DNA of 64,000 bases. Origin: Marsupella aquatica. Its lineage: Eukaryota; Plantae; Marchantiophyta. The notes beneath the pieces are model-generated. The model saw nothing but the letters and a program-made list of their open reading frames with translations. It did not search any database and was not told the origin of the DNA. Within the stretch, counting starts at the first letter, position 1; every line of letters starts with the position of its first letter. The position numbers were made by a program, and so were the translations under genes. Shown piece after piece: positions 46,464-59,352 of the stretch. Location: the NCBI GenBank assembly GCA_973895155.1, contig OZ316892.1, forward strand, positions 15,616,861 to 15,680,860, written 5' to 3'.

Positions 46464-49400
46464 ATGGCTCACAATATTGTTGTCACAATTCCCATGCCAG
46501 AATCATCTGAAACAAAGCAAGTTTTGGAGGAATATTTGGGAGTGAGATTTGATGTTTCCAAGGAGTCTATTCTTGCAATCTCATTGGTGTGTGTTAGTTC
46601 GGGGGAGACTCCAGTTTTCTACGATGTTGTTTGTGGACAAAGATATTGGACTATGGCTGCCCAGAAGGAATACAAAGTCTTTGTCTTAAGTGCGAGATTT
46701 TGGGACATGTAGTGCTCGTCCTCCCACATTGGGTCAACTCAATGTCATCAAGCTTTTGGAGAGTTCTAGAGATGAGAAGCAAGCCACAACTCCTATTTTA
46801 GGGAAGATTCCGGTTTACCCATTTGAGGTTAAAAAGGAGTGTAATGTTGATCGAGAAAAGATGGTGCCTTTGATTGTGTACCGGCAGAGTGCCATGGATA
46901 CAATCCTGAAATCCAAAGGGCATAGTGAATTATCTCGATTTATAAGGGTATGGCACGCGTGACAGTAAACAGGAAACAGGTTTACTGGTACAAGCAAAAA
47001 ATTTCTTGTTACCAGCAAAAAGTTATTGTTACCAGGAAAAATAACCATGTCAAAATATTTTCTAGAAAGTCTCATTTTCCAAAAAACTTTAAGTTACAAC
47101 ATTTTTTGGCTAGCTTTGGGCGCTAGCAAATAAAATAAATCTTTGAAAAAAAACCTTTTTTTTCCCCAATTTTTTTTTTTTTAAATTAAAAAAAAATTAC
47201 CACTCATTTTCCTATTACCAATTTCTGTTTTCTGTTACTGTTTACTGTTTCCTGTCGTTTGTAAATACCCCGTTTATAAGGGGAAATGATTTTGTTCATC
47301 ACATAGTTCCTAGTCTTCCCACATCGTACAATGGGAATGTGGTTTTTGAGTTACCCCTGGTAGACTGTGTGAATGCAAAAGGGGAACGTTTGAAAGATAT
47401 GGATTGCAGTAAGGATTGTTTTTACTGGACTTGTATTGTGAAAACATCTTCAAATGTTCTCCCAAAGAAAATGTGGGATTTCGAGAAAGTTCAGTGTACT
47501 GGATCGTTGCAATGTCGTAATAATGCTTATCCATGGTGGAAAGACAACAAGTCAAGAAACGATGATGTGTGGGCAAGAACCCCAAAACTTTCAGGCCCAT
47601 TCCAGGTTGGGGAATTGATCTCTGAAGGTGGAGTTTGTCACTATTGCTCTGAACCTTTGATGTGCGTTGAGGCATGCCCTGCTCTAATGTTCTACATGTA
47701 TCCATCTTGCAAAAGTTGATGTAAAGTCTTTGCCCACAGGTCATGACTTGCTGTTCATAAGGGATTTCACAATCATCCCAGTAGACGGGTTTGGTTGAGG
47801 GAGGCAAAAAAGGTAGCCAAGTTGCATTTGGAGAAGGGATTCATTGCAAACCCCATGGCAACCCCAGTTGGGATAAAAAACTTTGCGACTGAGACATTGA
47901 CAAACACATTTTGTGAGGCCTCTGTTGAAGAAATCTCTCTTGAAGAAGAGAAGGAAATTTGGGAGTCCTTGATGGTCGTCGCATCTCCTTAGAAGTTTGC
48001 ATCCATGTTAAGGAGTGTCCGTCAAGATCAGAAGGGGAAAGGGGAACTGGAATTTCTTGTCAGGATGCAAAAGTGTATCCGACTGCCTTTTCTTCAAAGG
48101 TTCTTGCTCCCTGGTCAAGGCTGCCGAGACGAGAGTGCTCATATCTTCAAAATGACCATAAAATGTGACGGGTGTGGTCTGGACTTGCTCCAAAGAATGA
48201 AATCTGGCGGGTCATTAGAGGGCTCATGGGTAAGTTTTGACGTTATGCATCAAAGCATGGCAGATTGGCTTACTTTTAGTGCCCATGTATATGATCATCA
48301 TTACCCGACACTTTGCACAATATTCACTTGTGAGCTAAAGGCCAAAGATGCAAAATCTCTTGAGAGAGCCTGGCGGTTGATGCTTGAGGTTGCCGATGAA
48401 AATGGCTTAAAAGATGTTACAATTTGGGGATTCATGGTGGACAATGCTTAGGCTGGTTGGAATGTTGTTTGAAACGTGTTTTTTGACGGCCTCCTCAACC
48501 CAGAGCAAGAAAGATCAGTTGCCTTCCATTTTTTCCAATCTTTTCATCGTCATTCCTGAGAAGGTGTAAAAGATGGAAAGCACGGAGAGCACAAGGAGAT
48601 GTGGGATCGTCTTTGGAACGTGTCAACTTTCTTGAAAGCATATCAAATCTTGAGGGAAATTGATGACTGGTGGAGGTCCGACAATTGTCACTCCTGAGGA
48701 AAACTTGGATGCTCCAAGGGTAGTTGTCCTGGTGGGTTGTCCGATGGAGACAATGGGGGAACTTCATAAGACTGGTGAGTTATAGTCTATTCTAGGATAC
48801 ATTGGCTAATTAATAGCGTCTGGCGCTACTGAAACATGTATGAAACTGCAAAGTTCTTCATTCCCAATAGTAGTGCCAAGCGCTAGTAAGCCATTTGGAT
48901 TGTGATTGATATTAGGGCTTACACTGTGATAAATTGTACTTTGAATGGAAACATACCCATCAAATATGATATACTAGCGCCTGGCGCTATTGTTAATTCA
49001 CTTTTATTTCCACTAGTGGGGCAATTTGCGATACATACTAAACACTTGCGTACAATGTTTCAGAGCAAGAGTGCCTAAGAAGCTGGTATGATTCCAAACT
49101 ATACTGGATCAAAATCTAGGCATGCTGGAATGAAAGCATGGCAACAGAAAATAAGGTTGGTCTATTTGAAGGATGCAAAATGGACCAAAATAGGGTTGTT
49201 GCTCAAATTGTTGCTTATACTACATACAAAAGGGGATTGAACAGAGGAACTGGCCCAACTATTTTTGAGCTTGCCTTCAGATCGGCGGACCTGGCGGGGT
49301 CACCGCATCTCTTTGAGGAAGCCACCAATCTTCTCCTATCAAATGCTGCAGAGTTTGATTTGGAAAGAAGCGTTCTATTGAATGGGGATGTTGTAACGCG

Positions 49401-50595
49401 ATCGGTGAAACAAAAAGGACATGCAACTGGGAATGTCTTGGCACAAGACTCGCACAGGCATGATACCATCCTTGTTACTTCACCAAATACAAAAGATTTG
49501 AAAAGAGAAACCTCCATTCCACTAATTTTGAGAAAATGTCTTCCATGCCTTCAGCCGGTGGAATTGATGGGGTCCTTAATTTGTCCGAAAGTGATGATTC
49601 TAAAGAAGTTGTAATCGTTGACACTCCTTTGCATCAAGCGACAAGATCTTTTGTTCCTCCAATGACCCCTGCAAGAACCCGTTGAGACTGCATATTGTAA
49701 TTCAGTTTCCCCAACAGAAAGTGAGGTACCTCTCGGTGCCTGGCAGTTGCGTCGGACCTCAAAAATGGGGTGCGGGTCCAATGTGTAACGAAACCCTTGG
49801 CCGGGGAGGGAGTCGTGATGAATGTCAAAATCAAGTGAAGAAGGTTGGGTTTCCAAATCCAGATGGTGTTGTTGCAATTTTCGTGAGAGGATGCAGAATG
49901 TTTAGGGGACAACCTTATAACAATCAGATATGGTTTTGCCCCAACAACGATTGTCACCAAATCACAACAAGGAGAGGAGTCTCAAACATTTTGAATGTTC
50001 CTTCACATCTCCCAATTGCCAGAGGGACCAATATTTTTGCAGCAGAGATTCAATTCTTGAAAGAACGAGGACCTATTCTCTCCAAAGGCCGTGGAGATAT
50101 GAAATTGAAGCACCGTTGTCATCTGCGTTATAGATTGATGTCAATATTTTCCCAAAGAGGATCAACCTAACTGACCCAACTATGAGGTGCGCTTCAAGGA
50201 ACGGGAAGAAATGCTTGCAATGAGTGCAGCTTACCCCGTCCCATTTGAAGGAAATGAAGCCTCTGAAAAATAAGTCATGAGCGTCATTGGTCAGAGAGAG
50301 ATCACATGCAACTGGAAATGCGTTGGGGAAACAATTTTGTATCCGGACCCATGAACATGATTGATCAGTTGCCTCTTATTGGGTCTAGATATGTTGTTTC
50401 CCATGTTGCTCCTGCAAGGATTTCTATCGTCAGCATACTTATCGGAAGCCTTACATGCCTTGTAAACATGTGTATTGGGTGTTCAAGAATGTGTTCAAAC
50501 TGGATGTGCACGATTTGACATTATGTAGCCAGCCAATTCTAACGTTGGGAGAAGTCCGTTATATACTTGATAGGAAATTGGGAACAGGAATTTAG
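46464..50595 (+). pseudogene. MULE transposase pseudogene (copy A): N-terminal region, Cys/His WRKY/GCM-like finger, DDE core, SWIM finger
   Basis: C.GSLQC.N...CHYC...C..ACPA...H.G.HNHP (47490-47780); SFDVMH...GFMVDNA*AGW...FHFFQS (48230-48545); CCSCKDF...PCKHVYWVF (~50403-50485); intron ~48775-49062. Confidence 0.82.
46946..47270. mobile_element. MULE-derived MITE (GGGTA...TACCC) inside the transposase gene
   Basis: TIRs with ACAGTAAACAGGAAACAG; flanks GATTTATAA / CGTTTATAA (7 of 9 identical); removal restores SRFIRGND; carries one TAGC..GGCGCTA palindrome (47111). Confidence 0.8.
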
Positions 50596-51049
50596 ACTAT
50601 TGTTTTAACGTTGAACAGCTAGAATCATGGTTTGTCTTTTCTAACGGGTAGAAGTGTAAGTTTTTTAAGTGTTGTTTTCGAAGCATAATTCCATACCACC
50701 GCCGGGCGCTAGTAATGTTGACTTGTGTTTTGCCTTCATAATTGGTTGCAATGTATTTGAGTCATTGTGTGAAATTATCAAAAATATTCCTATGTTGTTG
50801 TATAGTGGCGGGCCCCACCACAATGTTGTCCAAACAATTATTGCATATATGGACGCTAAATACCATGAAGAGAAGAAACTAAAATGCATACGATGAAACA
50901 AGAAACTTGTATGAGAAAACAGAATCTCGTACGAGTAAATAGATACGCTCTGAATACGAGTAATTTGTTTACTCATATGAGACAAATTTGTGCTCATACG
51001 AGGAAAATTTTGCTCGTATGAGCACATCTATTTGCTATTTGTTGTCACG

Positions 51050-51666
51050 GTGGTTATATCCATCCCTAGACCTGTCCATGTCGCGGAGGCGGGATCCTTT
51101 TGAAAGAATTCCTGGCGATGGAGGCAACTCGAACACAATATTCCCATTGTACTTTGGCGGCAAACAAGGTACTTGTTCATGTCAAAAGTTTCCACCCGTA
51201 ATGAACCTTGAAAGTTCACTGGACCCAGTTGACTTGAGCAACGCATCCATTGCACTTCGTCGATACACAAGCTGGGAATGCAACAATGGCATCTCCTCTT
51301 TGACCAAGACCACGTTAGGGGCTGGAGGCTTCATAAGAGGGATCCCTGGTGGCTCCTCATCATTACTATCATAAAGCCACATCCACCAAAGCCCTTGTTG
51401 GGGATTGTTGCAACCACAACGGAGTATCACAATCCAGCATTAAGGTGCCAGAATCTCTCTCCGTCATCAATATAAAAAAGTGCAACATATTTTGAGTCAT
51501 CTTCTTTGTTTCTCTCCTGAACAATTTCCTCAATATAATTCATGCGTAAATCAAACCTTCCACTGAGGTAAACCTCACTAACTTGCTTGTACGTTTCAGC
51601 CACAAAGACAGGAATGGAAATAATATCACCGGTCAACAAACGGGTAACAACAATTGACTGAGACAT
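51050..51666 (-). pseudogene. 5' fragment of a MULE transposase (copy B)
   Basis: LVYRRSAMDALLKSTGSSELSRFITGGNF...LP..YNGNIVFELP....KG.RL.DMD.S.D matches 46870-47420. Confidence 0.82.
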
Positions 51667-52470
51667 CGCAAAAGCCTCTAAAAAAATGAACACAAGAAAA
51701 TTATGAATCAAAATTCTGTGGGCGAGGAATGTTATTGATCCTAGCTAACAATTTCCAGACACCGTTATAATAAGACAAACACACCACCTGGCGGACAATC
51801 CTCCAACACCATAAATTATGTATTTTGTCGTTATATCAACAACATTTACGATTACAAACAATGCTTTTTGGGGGCACCTTTATTTTTTGAAAATCTCAAT
51901 TATTAAATAGTGTCTGGCGCTATTAAAAACAAACCAAAATTCAAGGGCCACTAGAAGTCAATCCATGTTTAGCACTTGGCGCTAATATTGGGTTCATTCA
52001 GATTCTAATTGTTTATGAAGGTAAACTATAAAATATGAGTCTCAAAACGGTCTTAAAAGGCAATGGTTTTTGATAGCGTCGGGCGCTAGTTTTGGTATAC
52101 CGACAGTATTTGAAAAATGTGTTTTAGTTTGTTGTTAACAATGAAATTATGCCATATTCCCATATCTTAAGACCATATTGTGTTACCAATTGATGTGAAA
52201 ATATAGTCCATTTAGCCTTTGGGTTTTGTGTTCATCAATACATTGATCCTCTTAGGTATTGTCAAATAAAGAAATGACAAGTGTCAAATATCCAGGGCAA
52301 GAGTTGACTTTTGTTATTGTATATCTTACGCTCTGCACTCTGGATTCTATTTAGTTTCCCTGTGCAGTGGTTATTTGTACAAGAAAGGAGGTGTATGACG
52401 GGTTTGTGCCGTTTGCAGTACGGTACAAACAAAGCGGTTGTCAGTCATTTCTTTCCCCCTTGTGCGAGTG

Positions 52471-54660
52471 ATGGACCCTGCCTTGTCCTCCTCTCAATGC
52501 TTTAGTGGAAACGGACAGAAAGAGGTCGTTCCTTTGCAAAAATCTGAGTGTTTTTTTTCAGGATCTGTGTATGGTCGTCGAGTGACCAGGTCCATTACTT
52601 CGCAAGCTCTTGAAACACAACCGCTATTACATTTCCAAAGAGCATGAGAGGGGAGATGGATGATCTTGATTTGTATGCTGTGGGGGACTACGGGGAAACG
52701 TTGCTTACTGTGTATGATGTGATCTCCAAACACATCATGTCCTTTGTAAAATATTTTTGAGGACACGACAAGGATCCCCCAAGGATTCCAATGTGTTGAT
52801 TACTTCACATGGAAGTAGTGCAAACATTGCAGAAGGGAAAACCTTTGATCAAGAAGTTGAAGGACTCTTTTCATAGCACGGGTTACAATTCTAAGATCAA
52901 CATGTTGTTTTACGTCCAACCAATAGATTTGAATGGAGATTCTAGATTTGTACGCCAGAGATTCGTGCTTCATGGGATCCAATTTTGGTTGTAAAGAATG
53001 AAAAGTTTGGGGCAGAATGTGCTGCCAATCCTGACTTACCATCTTGCAAGATAAGATGTTTTCAGTATTTGATGGTAACCATTGATTGTACGCATGGTCC
53101 ATCGTAACAAAGGAAAATCCTGATGATGTGAAATATCATCCTCACATACTCTGCACAATATTCAAGGAAGAAAAGGGGTCATTAATTGAGATTGAGGCAA
53201 CAATGCAAATTGTCAACCAATAAGTGTCTCTCTCAACATATGTATCTCTCTTCAATTACATTGTCTCTCCATTATAATTCCCATCCACTTAATTCCAATC
53301 TTTGGCAAAGTTTGACTAGCATTGGGTGCTACTGACTCATTTATTTTTCTTCAGGCTTGGGCAGGCAGTGTAACCCTCTTGGATACTTGACGCAGGCCGA
53401 ATTAACAGAATTCTATCAAATGATCTAGATTACTACAAGTCAAGCATCGATAGTGCCAATTTCAAGAAGTTTGGCCAGGTCATGCAGAAGACTCAGAAGG
53501 GATCGTGGTATACAAAGAAAATGCCTCAGGAAGCGCTTTTGTACATCTTGTGTGAAAATAAGATCAAGTCTTATTCTCGACAGTTTAAGATGGTTCTAGA
53601 GTTTGTTGCCGCTCAGGGTACACCTTGGTCTCTGGGAGAGATTTCAAAAAGGCACGTTGCAATGATGAAGGAGGCAACCAATGATTGGGCAATAAAGGTT
53701 TCAAAAATAACTCCTTTGTTATGCCCCGCCTTTGAGGATTTATGCGTACGTGCGCCAAGATGTACCCCCTGACAGAGAAGAATAAACGAGAGAAGAAACC
53801 CGATGCGGTTGTTTGTACAATGGATCAAGCAAGATTGTTTACAATCATGTCTATCCTCAACCCCAAGCTGAGGAGTATTCTTCTTGTTGCCCATTGTACA
53901 CCAGAGCTGAGGAAATAGTTCTTTCATCCACAAAATGTTAGTGACGATCCCGTGAGGCAATGGTGCCATACCTGGCAAACTTGGAACAATGTGGAGGGAA
54001 TCGCTATTGGTATGCTGCACACCTCCCTCTGGCAGGTCAATGATCAATATAGTCCCCACCAATTGATTGAATGTAGGAGTGGGATTGTGACTCATTTGAC
54101 TCGCTTATTGAAATAATCTTGAATGATTTTAAGAAATTTGGAGACACAGTGAAAGGCAAGTATTTGAATACAATGTGGCCTTCCAAGTATCCCAATAAGG
54201 TTGACTACATGCTGAAGAATCAAAAGAGGGCCAAACAATATCTCTATCGTTTCTTCATGCACATGGAGATTGTGAAGCCAAATTACTTTTGGGCTTACCG
54301 AGTTGCTTTCCATAAGTGGATCATAGTTGCCGAACGAGACATTCTGGCTAAGGTGAATTCAATGTATCCTGCTAAAGGGTGTCTTCCGCTAAGAAAACTG
54401 TCGGAATGGGAGAGAATTCATTGTCCGTGGTATTTGGATACTAACAGTTGGGACTCTCCGTTTGACAACACTGAGAAAGATGCATTCAATAAGCTCTCCA
54501 AATCTCAAGTCCCCCCCCCCCCAATTTGTGTCTGACATGAAGCAGGGAATCAAAGGCGATGTGAACCAATCAACGGCCGAATTGCAAATGGTATGCAAAA
54601 CTATGGTTGTTCATGTTGATCAAAGTCACAAACCCAGAGCCAAGGCAAAAACCAAAGGCA
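52471..54660 (+). pseudogene. ParB/Srx-like accessory gene, copy B (3'-truncated)
   Basis: KMFSVFDGNH*LYAW at 53053-53097 (TGA from CGA gives DGNHR); intron 53220-53354; WERIHCPWY matches WERQNCPWY of copy C. Confidence 0.82.
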
Positions 54661-54669
54661 TCACGAAAC

Positions 54670-55803
54670 AATTAGTGTCACTAACAATTAGTGTCACACA
54701 CACTAATTAGAGGTATCCCTTGATTTTCAGCCAACTGACACTATTTACCGTCACCTTCAATTTTGAAAAAAAAAAATTTAAAAATATTGATAATTAGAGA
54801 TAACAATATAATTGGTGGTAACCCTAAACTAGACTCACTCCAAAGTTATCCAGACTTTCAATGACATCTCTGTGTGCCTATGTTTTTAGAAGATTTCCTT
54901 TGTATTTTAGCTGGTCAGTCTTTGTGAAAGGAGAGTAATAGAGCGATAACATGGCGGGATATGGATCGCCCATCATAGTTGGATTTGCTAGAGTAAGGGA
55001 AAGAGAATCAAGATTATGTCAACATGTCACTGGTAATTAATCTGCGTCTCCTTTGGCTTTTCCTTGCGGCAAGACCCACAAAATGTTTTTAAGTGTATCG
55101 AAAGAGTCTGTTCTTTTCTTGAAGCAACTTGTGAAATGTTCGTTCTGTACTTTACGTCTCATTATGATCAACTTACACCTGAGCTTCAAAATATCATAGT
55201 ATAGTATCGAGTGAATTTTGAAGGGAGTCGAGTTGACCTTGATATTCATGCTACTGTTGAAGTGGCTCCTGAAGTTGGTGAACCAGGTGAAGAGCCAGCT
55301 CAACCCACTTCTCTTGGGGCTGTATGCTGTCTTGCAAGGATGAGACACAGGGGACAGGTTGAAAGAGAGTGAACAGGATATTAGTTTGTAGCTTATGTGA
55401 GACAACATATGTTATTCATAATTGATAGAAGTGAATCAAACATATCTTGCTTGCTCAATGTGGTTGAGTACCTCAAACTATAATTTTGTGCTATGTGAAA
55501 AGAGTTATAAATGTCTGAAGTTTGCTCAATGTTCAGTAGTATATGGAAAGAGTTATAAGTTTCTGAAGTTTGCTCAGTAGTAAATTTTGTAAAGTGTAAT
55601 CAAATATTGTGCACATTTTTCATTTTTTTAAAAGCAAATTTTGACTATAGTCTATTCTATTTTTTAACTTAAGTGTACATGTGACACTATTTGACTTGTG
55701 ACCACAATTAGTGTCATACCATATTAGTGTCACACACCCTAATTACCGTCACTTACCTCAAATATAACCTCACAGTAATTAGAGTGTGTGAGACTAAATA
55801 CTG
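54670..55803. mobile_element. Partial non-autonomous DNA transposon with a Tc1/pogo-like end (...ATACTG|TA) and repeated TTAGTGTCAC motifs
   Basis: Motif clusters at 54671-54710 and 55708-55800; decayed small ORF near 54950-55372; left end missing. Confidence 0.45.
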
Positions 55804-58359
55804 TAAAGAGTGTAGTTTGTCAACACATTCCGCAAAAAAACCTATATTTTTCACCTCTTTTGTCTCCAGATATTGGTTAGCACCAACTGAAGCGCTACTC
55901 TATCTCTCTTCCTATTGGTTCCTTTTTTAAAGTGAATTGTTTGTTCAGCACCTGGCACTATTATTGAAAAATGACTGTATTCCTTTAGGTGGGAGAAAGT
56001 CAGACGTTGCATGTGGTATACCCGTTAGCGATAATCTTCTAAATAGGAGACATTTTTAATTTTTTTGGATGGAAGTTAGAAACTTTGAGGTTGTAAGCAG
56101 GATAATTAGCCATAAAGAGCATTAAGTGAGTAGGGAAGAGGAACGGCCTTTACCAAGAAATGAGCGCTTCAACCTGGTGACCGGTAGCAGTAAGAGCGCG
56201 AGAAAGAATGAGTACTGGCGGAGGAGCTATGCAGGTCGAGGAAGAAAACCGAAGGCTTAGGACAATTGTTGAAGCTGTAATGTGACACCACTGATTGAAG
56301 ACAGGGCGCTGCGAGTAAAACAGGGATAATTTTTGGGCAGAAGTGTCAACTCATAAGAGGCGCCCTCTGTTAGTAGTTCTTAAGACAGCACTATTTACTT
56401 ACTCAGAGCACCTTTAGTAAGTTTACTAAGTAGATGTTCACTATTGTTTTACCGACAGCGCTACTAGTTGATTTTCCACCATAGTAAGAAGTCTCTTTTC
56501 TAGTTAGCAGCACTCAGTACTCTACTACTTTTCATACTAGTTAAAACTACAGTATGTAGTTTAGTTTAGATCAGCCTTTCTAGATCTCATTTTAGTTACT
56601 TTTCTTTCTAGATTCTAGGGAACACTTTCTCTGCCTTGACTTTGATGATACTTAAGCCCTTGTTTTTCCTCATTTCGGGTGAGAAGGACTAAATTGGAAG
56701 CCTGGCTGTAGATGCAAGACTCCCGGTCGCTCCCTTTGTTTGTGATCTATTCAGTTGTAGAGATTGCAAATGAAGTAAATGTTTGTGTTGAGGAATTTGT
56801 TTTGAAAGATTCCTCGATAAACAAGTGTATGTTCAACTTCTGGAAATCAAGATGAATTTTATGATTGATTGCTTACAGTGATGAGAATCATTCAAAATTC
56901 AAAGATGAATGTTTATAGGAAAGTGTCAAATCTATCATTGAGGGACAAGAGTACCATTATTATGCCCTGGACTTTTGCATTAGTGTTTTGTCTATGCCAT
57001 ACTTGATGCCTAGCCAAACCGTGTTGCCATCATTTTAATGCAAAGCTCGGCAATTATAATCTGAAATTTACCTTGAAAACGGTAGAGATTATATCTTTCC
57101 TGTGATCTTCTCATGACAAGAGCGAGATTTTGAAAGAGAAGAATATAGGAGAATGGGTTGAGTAAGACCCTAATCTTTGTTGAAGGAAGGGCAATGCCAT
57201 TCATATTCCTTGAATTCTTCCTTATGTAAATCCACCTTCAATCATGATTCCAGAATTAGTTGTTATTGGTTGATTTTATTCTGTGTTTGATCGGTTGAAA
57301 ATAGAGAAATTTGAGAGGTCAGCTTATATCTCTTCATTAACACTATTTCCTTCAATAGCTTCCACTTTGTTCTTTACGGGATCGACTTTGGGTTATCTTT
57401 GGCTTTAAACCTTGTGTTTTATTTATAGACTGGATATATTTAGCCGGATTTCTATCAAGGGAAAGGTACCGAAGGATCCCAGATTTAAGTTATCAATTAC
57501 CAAAGATCCTTCGATCACAAACTTAATTGGGCTTCCAACTTTGAAGACATATACATGGTCCGGAATTGCAATTAGTTGGGAATGTCAGAATCAAGCAACC
57601 ATTATGCACGACAAGACTGGGGAACAAAAGATACTGAAAACATGAATTCGTAACAAGTGTAGTGTACTAAGCATAGACCAGTGTCTGGGGCAGCCTCGTC
57701 TTGCGTCCACAAAGTTGATTAATGCACGTCCTCTTCACTAAAGATTAGTTCCCTAGAGTGTCTCGACCTGACTCCTCGTTAGCCAGGCCAAATTTAGTTA
57801 CTGCACACGAACATGTTCAAATACGCATTGCCGGAGCCTAGTCTAATGCCAACATCAAATTCCCAAGTCGACAATCGAGTACTTTTTCGTGAAATCTGTC
57901 TGAAGTGACTCTGCAAAAATCTTTCAAATAATACAATCTAAGTGGGAGCATATCTTTCAATCAATACTTATCTTTCCACCTTGCATTCAAGACCAATCCA
58001 ATTACTTCGCACAGATGAATCTTCGTTTTTACTTTTCTAAAGGTGCAGCCCAAAGGTACCAATTTCACCCAGGACGTGACGTGGTTCACAGACAATACCT
58101 AAACCCCTGAAAGACGTACCAACTATATAACATGATTTCATCAACAAATTAAGTATCACAATTTCGGGTGTAGTTTACATCTACAACATTTTTTAAAACA
58201 ACCCGGGTGAACATACTTGCCGAGTGCCAATTTTAACAATCGTTTTGTAAACTGTGGCAACAACGCCTTGCATTAATATGACCGAAAGACCAACAGCAGT
58301 TGTGAGCCCTGAACCACCGCCGCATAGTGTGAGTCAAAAGAAAGAAGAATTGTAACAAT

Positions 58360-59352
58360 TCAAGGCTCGAGTATCTCCAAAGGGATAGGGTCCTTCAGTG
58401 GCATATACTCTCCCAAATATCCGTCCAAATGATCAGACAGAGCATATCTGTCAACACTCTCGTGGTGATAGGCCTTGCACACGAAGTAAAGAACGCTTTG
58501 CACGATGATTCCCATCAACCACAGCCCGGAAAAGATGGATATGAGAAACCCGGCATATAGTGTTCGCCACCAGATACTACCTGAAGAGTGCACGACCTCA
58601 ACTTGGAACAACAAAGATATGATGAAATTTGGAAGAGCATAAATGATTGCTAAAACGCTTGCCTCTAGCCGCTTTCCTCTGAGCAGTTGCAAGCTCTTCC
58701 TTACAGCACCGAGTCCATACGTTTCTTCGAGCACTGACACGACACTGGCCATATCCCAAATCATTTTCAGCCAAACGACTACAACCAGGAATCCGATGAC
58801 GAGCACTACTCCAACTAAAAAAGTCAGAACGCCGAGAACTGGAGCAAGAGTGACCAGGACGACGATCGCTATGACGAAAGCCAACTGATAAGCGAACAAT
58901 ATCAAGTACGCCCACAGCAACGTCACCATCAGACGCTTCCAGACCCTAGGGACAACACTGAGTACCTTGGAATAGGAAACGCCCTTGCCAGTGTAGATGC
59001 ACGCAACGCTGTAAACAATAGCAGCGAACGCGAGCAGAGAGAATGCCAAAACAAAGAGCAAGTAACATACTCCCAATACGAAATATCCCACCGACTCTCC
59101 ATCTACTTGATGCCTCAGCTTTTCCCCCGCAGGCGTACCCGCTTCCGCTTCCATAACATCCTTCTGCTTTACGATCTTATCTAACAGGGGATCCGACACC
59201 AGGTGGTGCGCAAGAACCACAAAACAGAAAGGCAGCACCAGTGTCGTTGTCAGCGACGCCAGGAGCCTTCCATATGACCTCATCAGCTTAAAAGCTTCTG
59301 TGATCACTCCGACCACCCCTAAATGTTGCATCTCCTCCGGTTCCTTGTCCAT
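58360..59352 (-). CDS. Conserved land-plant multi-pass membrane protein of unknown function (At4g19950/At5g44860-like family, from recall), 330 aa, intronless
   Basis: Intact ORF with about six hydrophobic helices; family-like ends MD.EPEE.Q.L...TLVLP..F..LAH and QSV.YFVCK.YHHE.VD..L.DHL.GYLGEY.PLK. Confidence 0.9.
   Translation of the reverse strand: MDKEPEEMQHLGVVGVITEAFKLMRSYGRLLASLTTTLVLPFCFVVLAHHLVSDPLLDKIVKQKDVMEAEAGTPAGEKLRHQVDGESVGYFVLGVCYLLFVLAFSLLAFAAIVYSVACIYTGKGVSYSKVLSVVPRVWKRLMVTLLWAYLILFAYQLAFVIAIVVLVTLAPVLGVLTFLVGVVLVIGFLVVVVWLKMIWDMASVVSVLEETYGLGAVRKSLQLLRGKRLEASVLAIIYALPNFIISLLFQVEVVHSSGSIWWRTLYAGFLISIFSGLWLMGIIVQSVLYFVCKAYHHESVDRYALSDHLDGYLGEYMPLKDPIPLEILEP

Noticed and set aside
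56092-57655. Possible solo LTR (TGTAAG...GTAACA)
   Set aside because: LTR-like composition but flanks GAGGT and AGTGT do not form a TSD and there is no second copy in the window.
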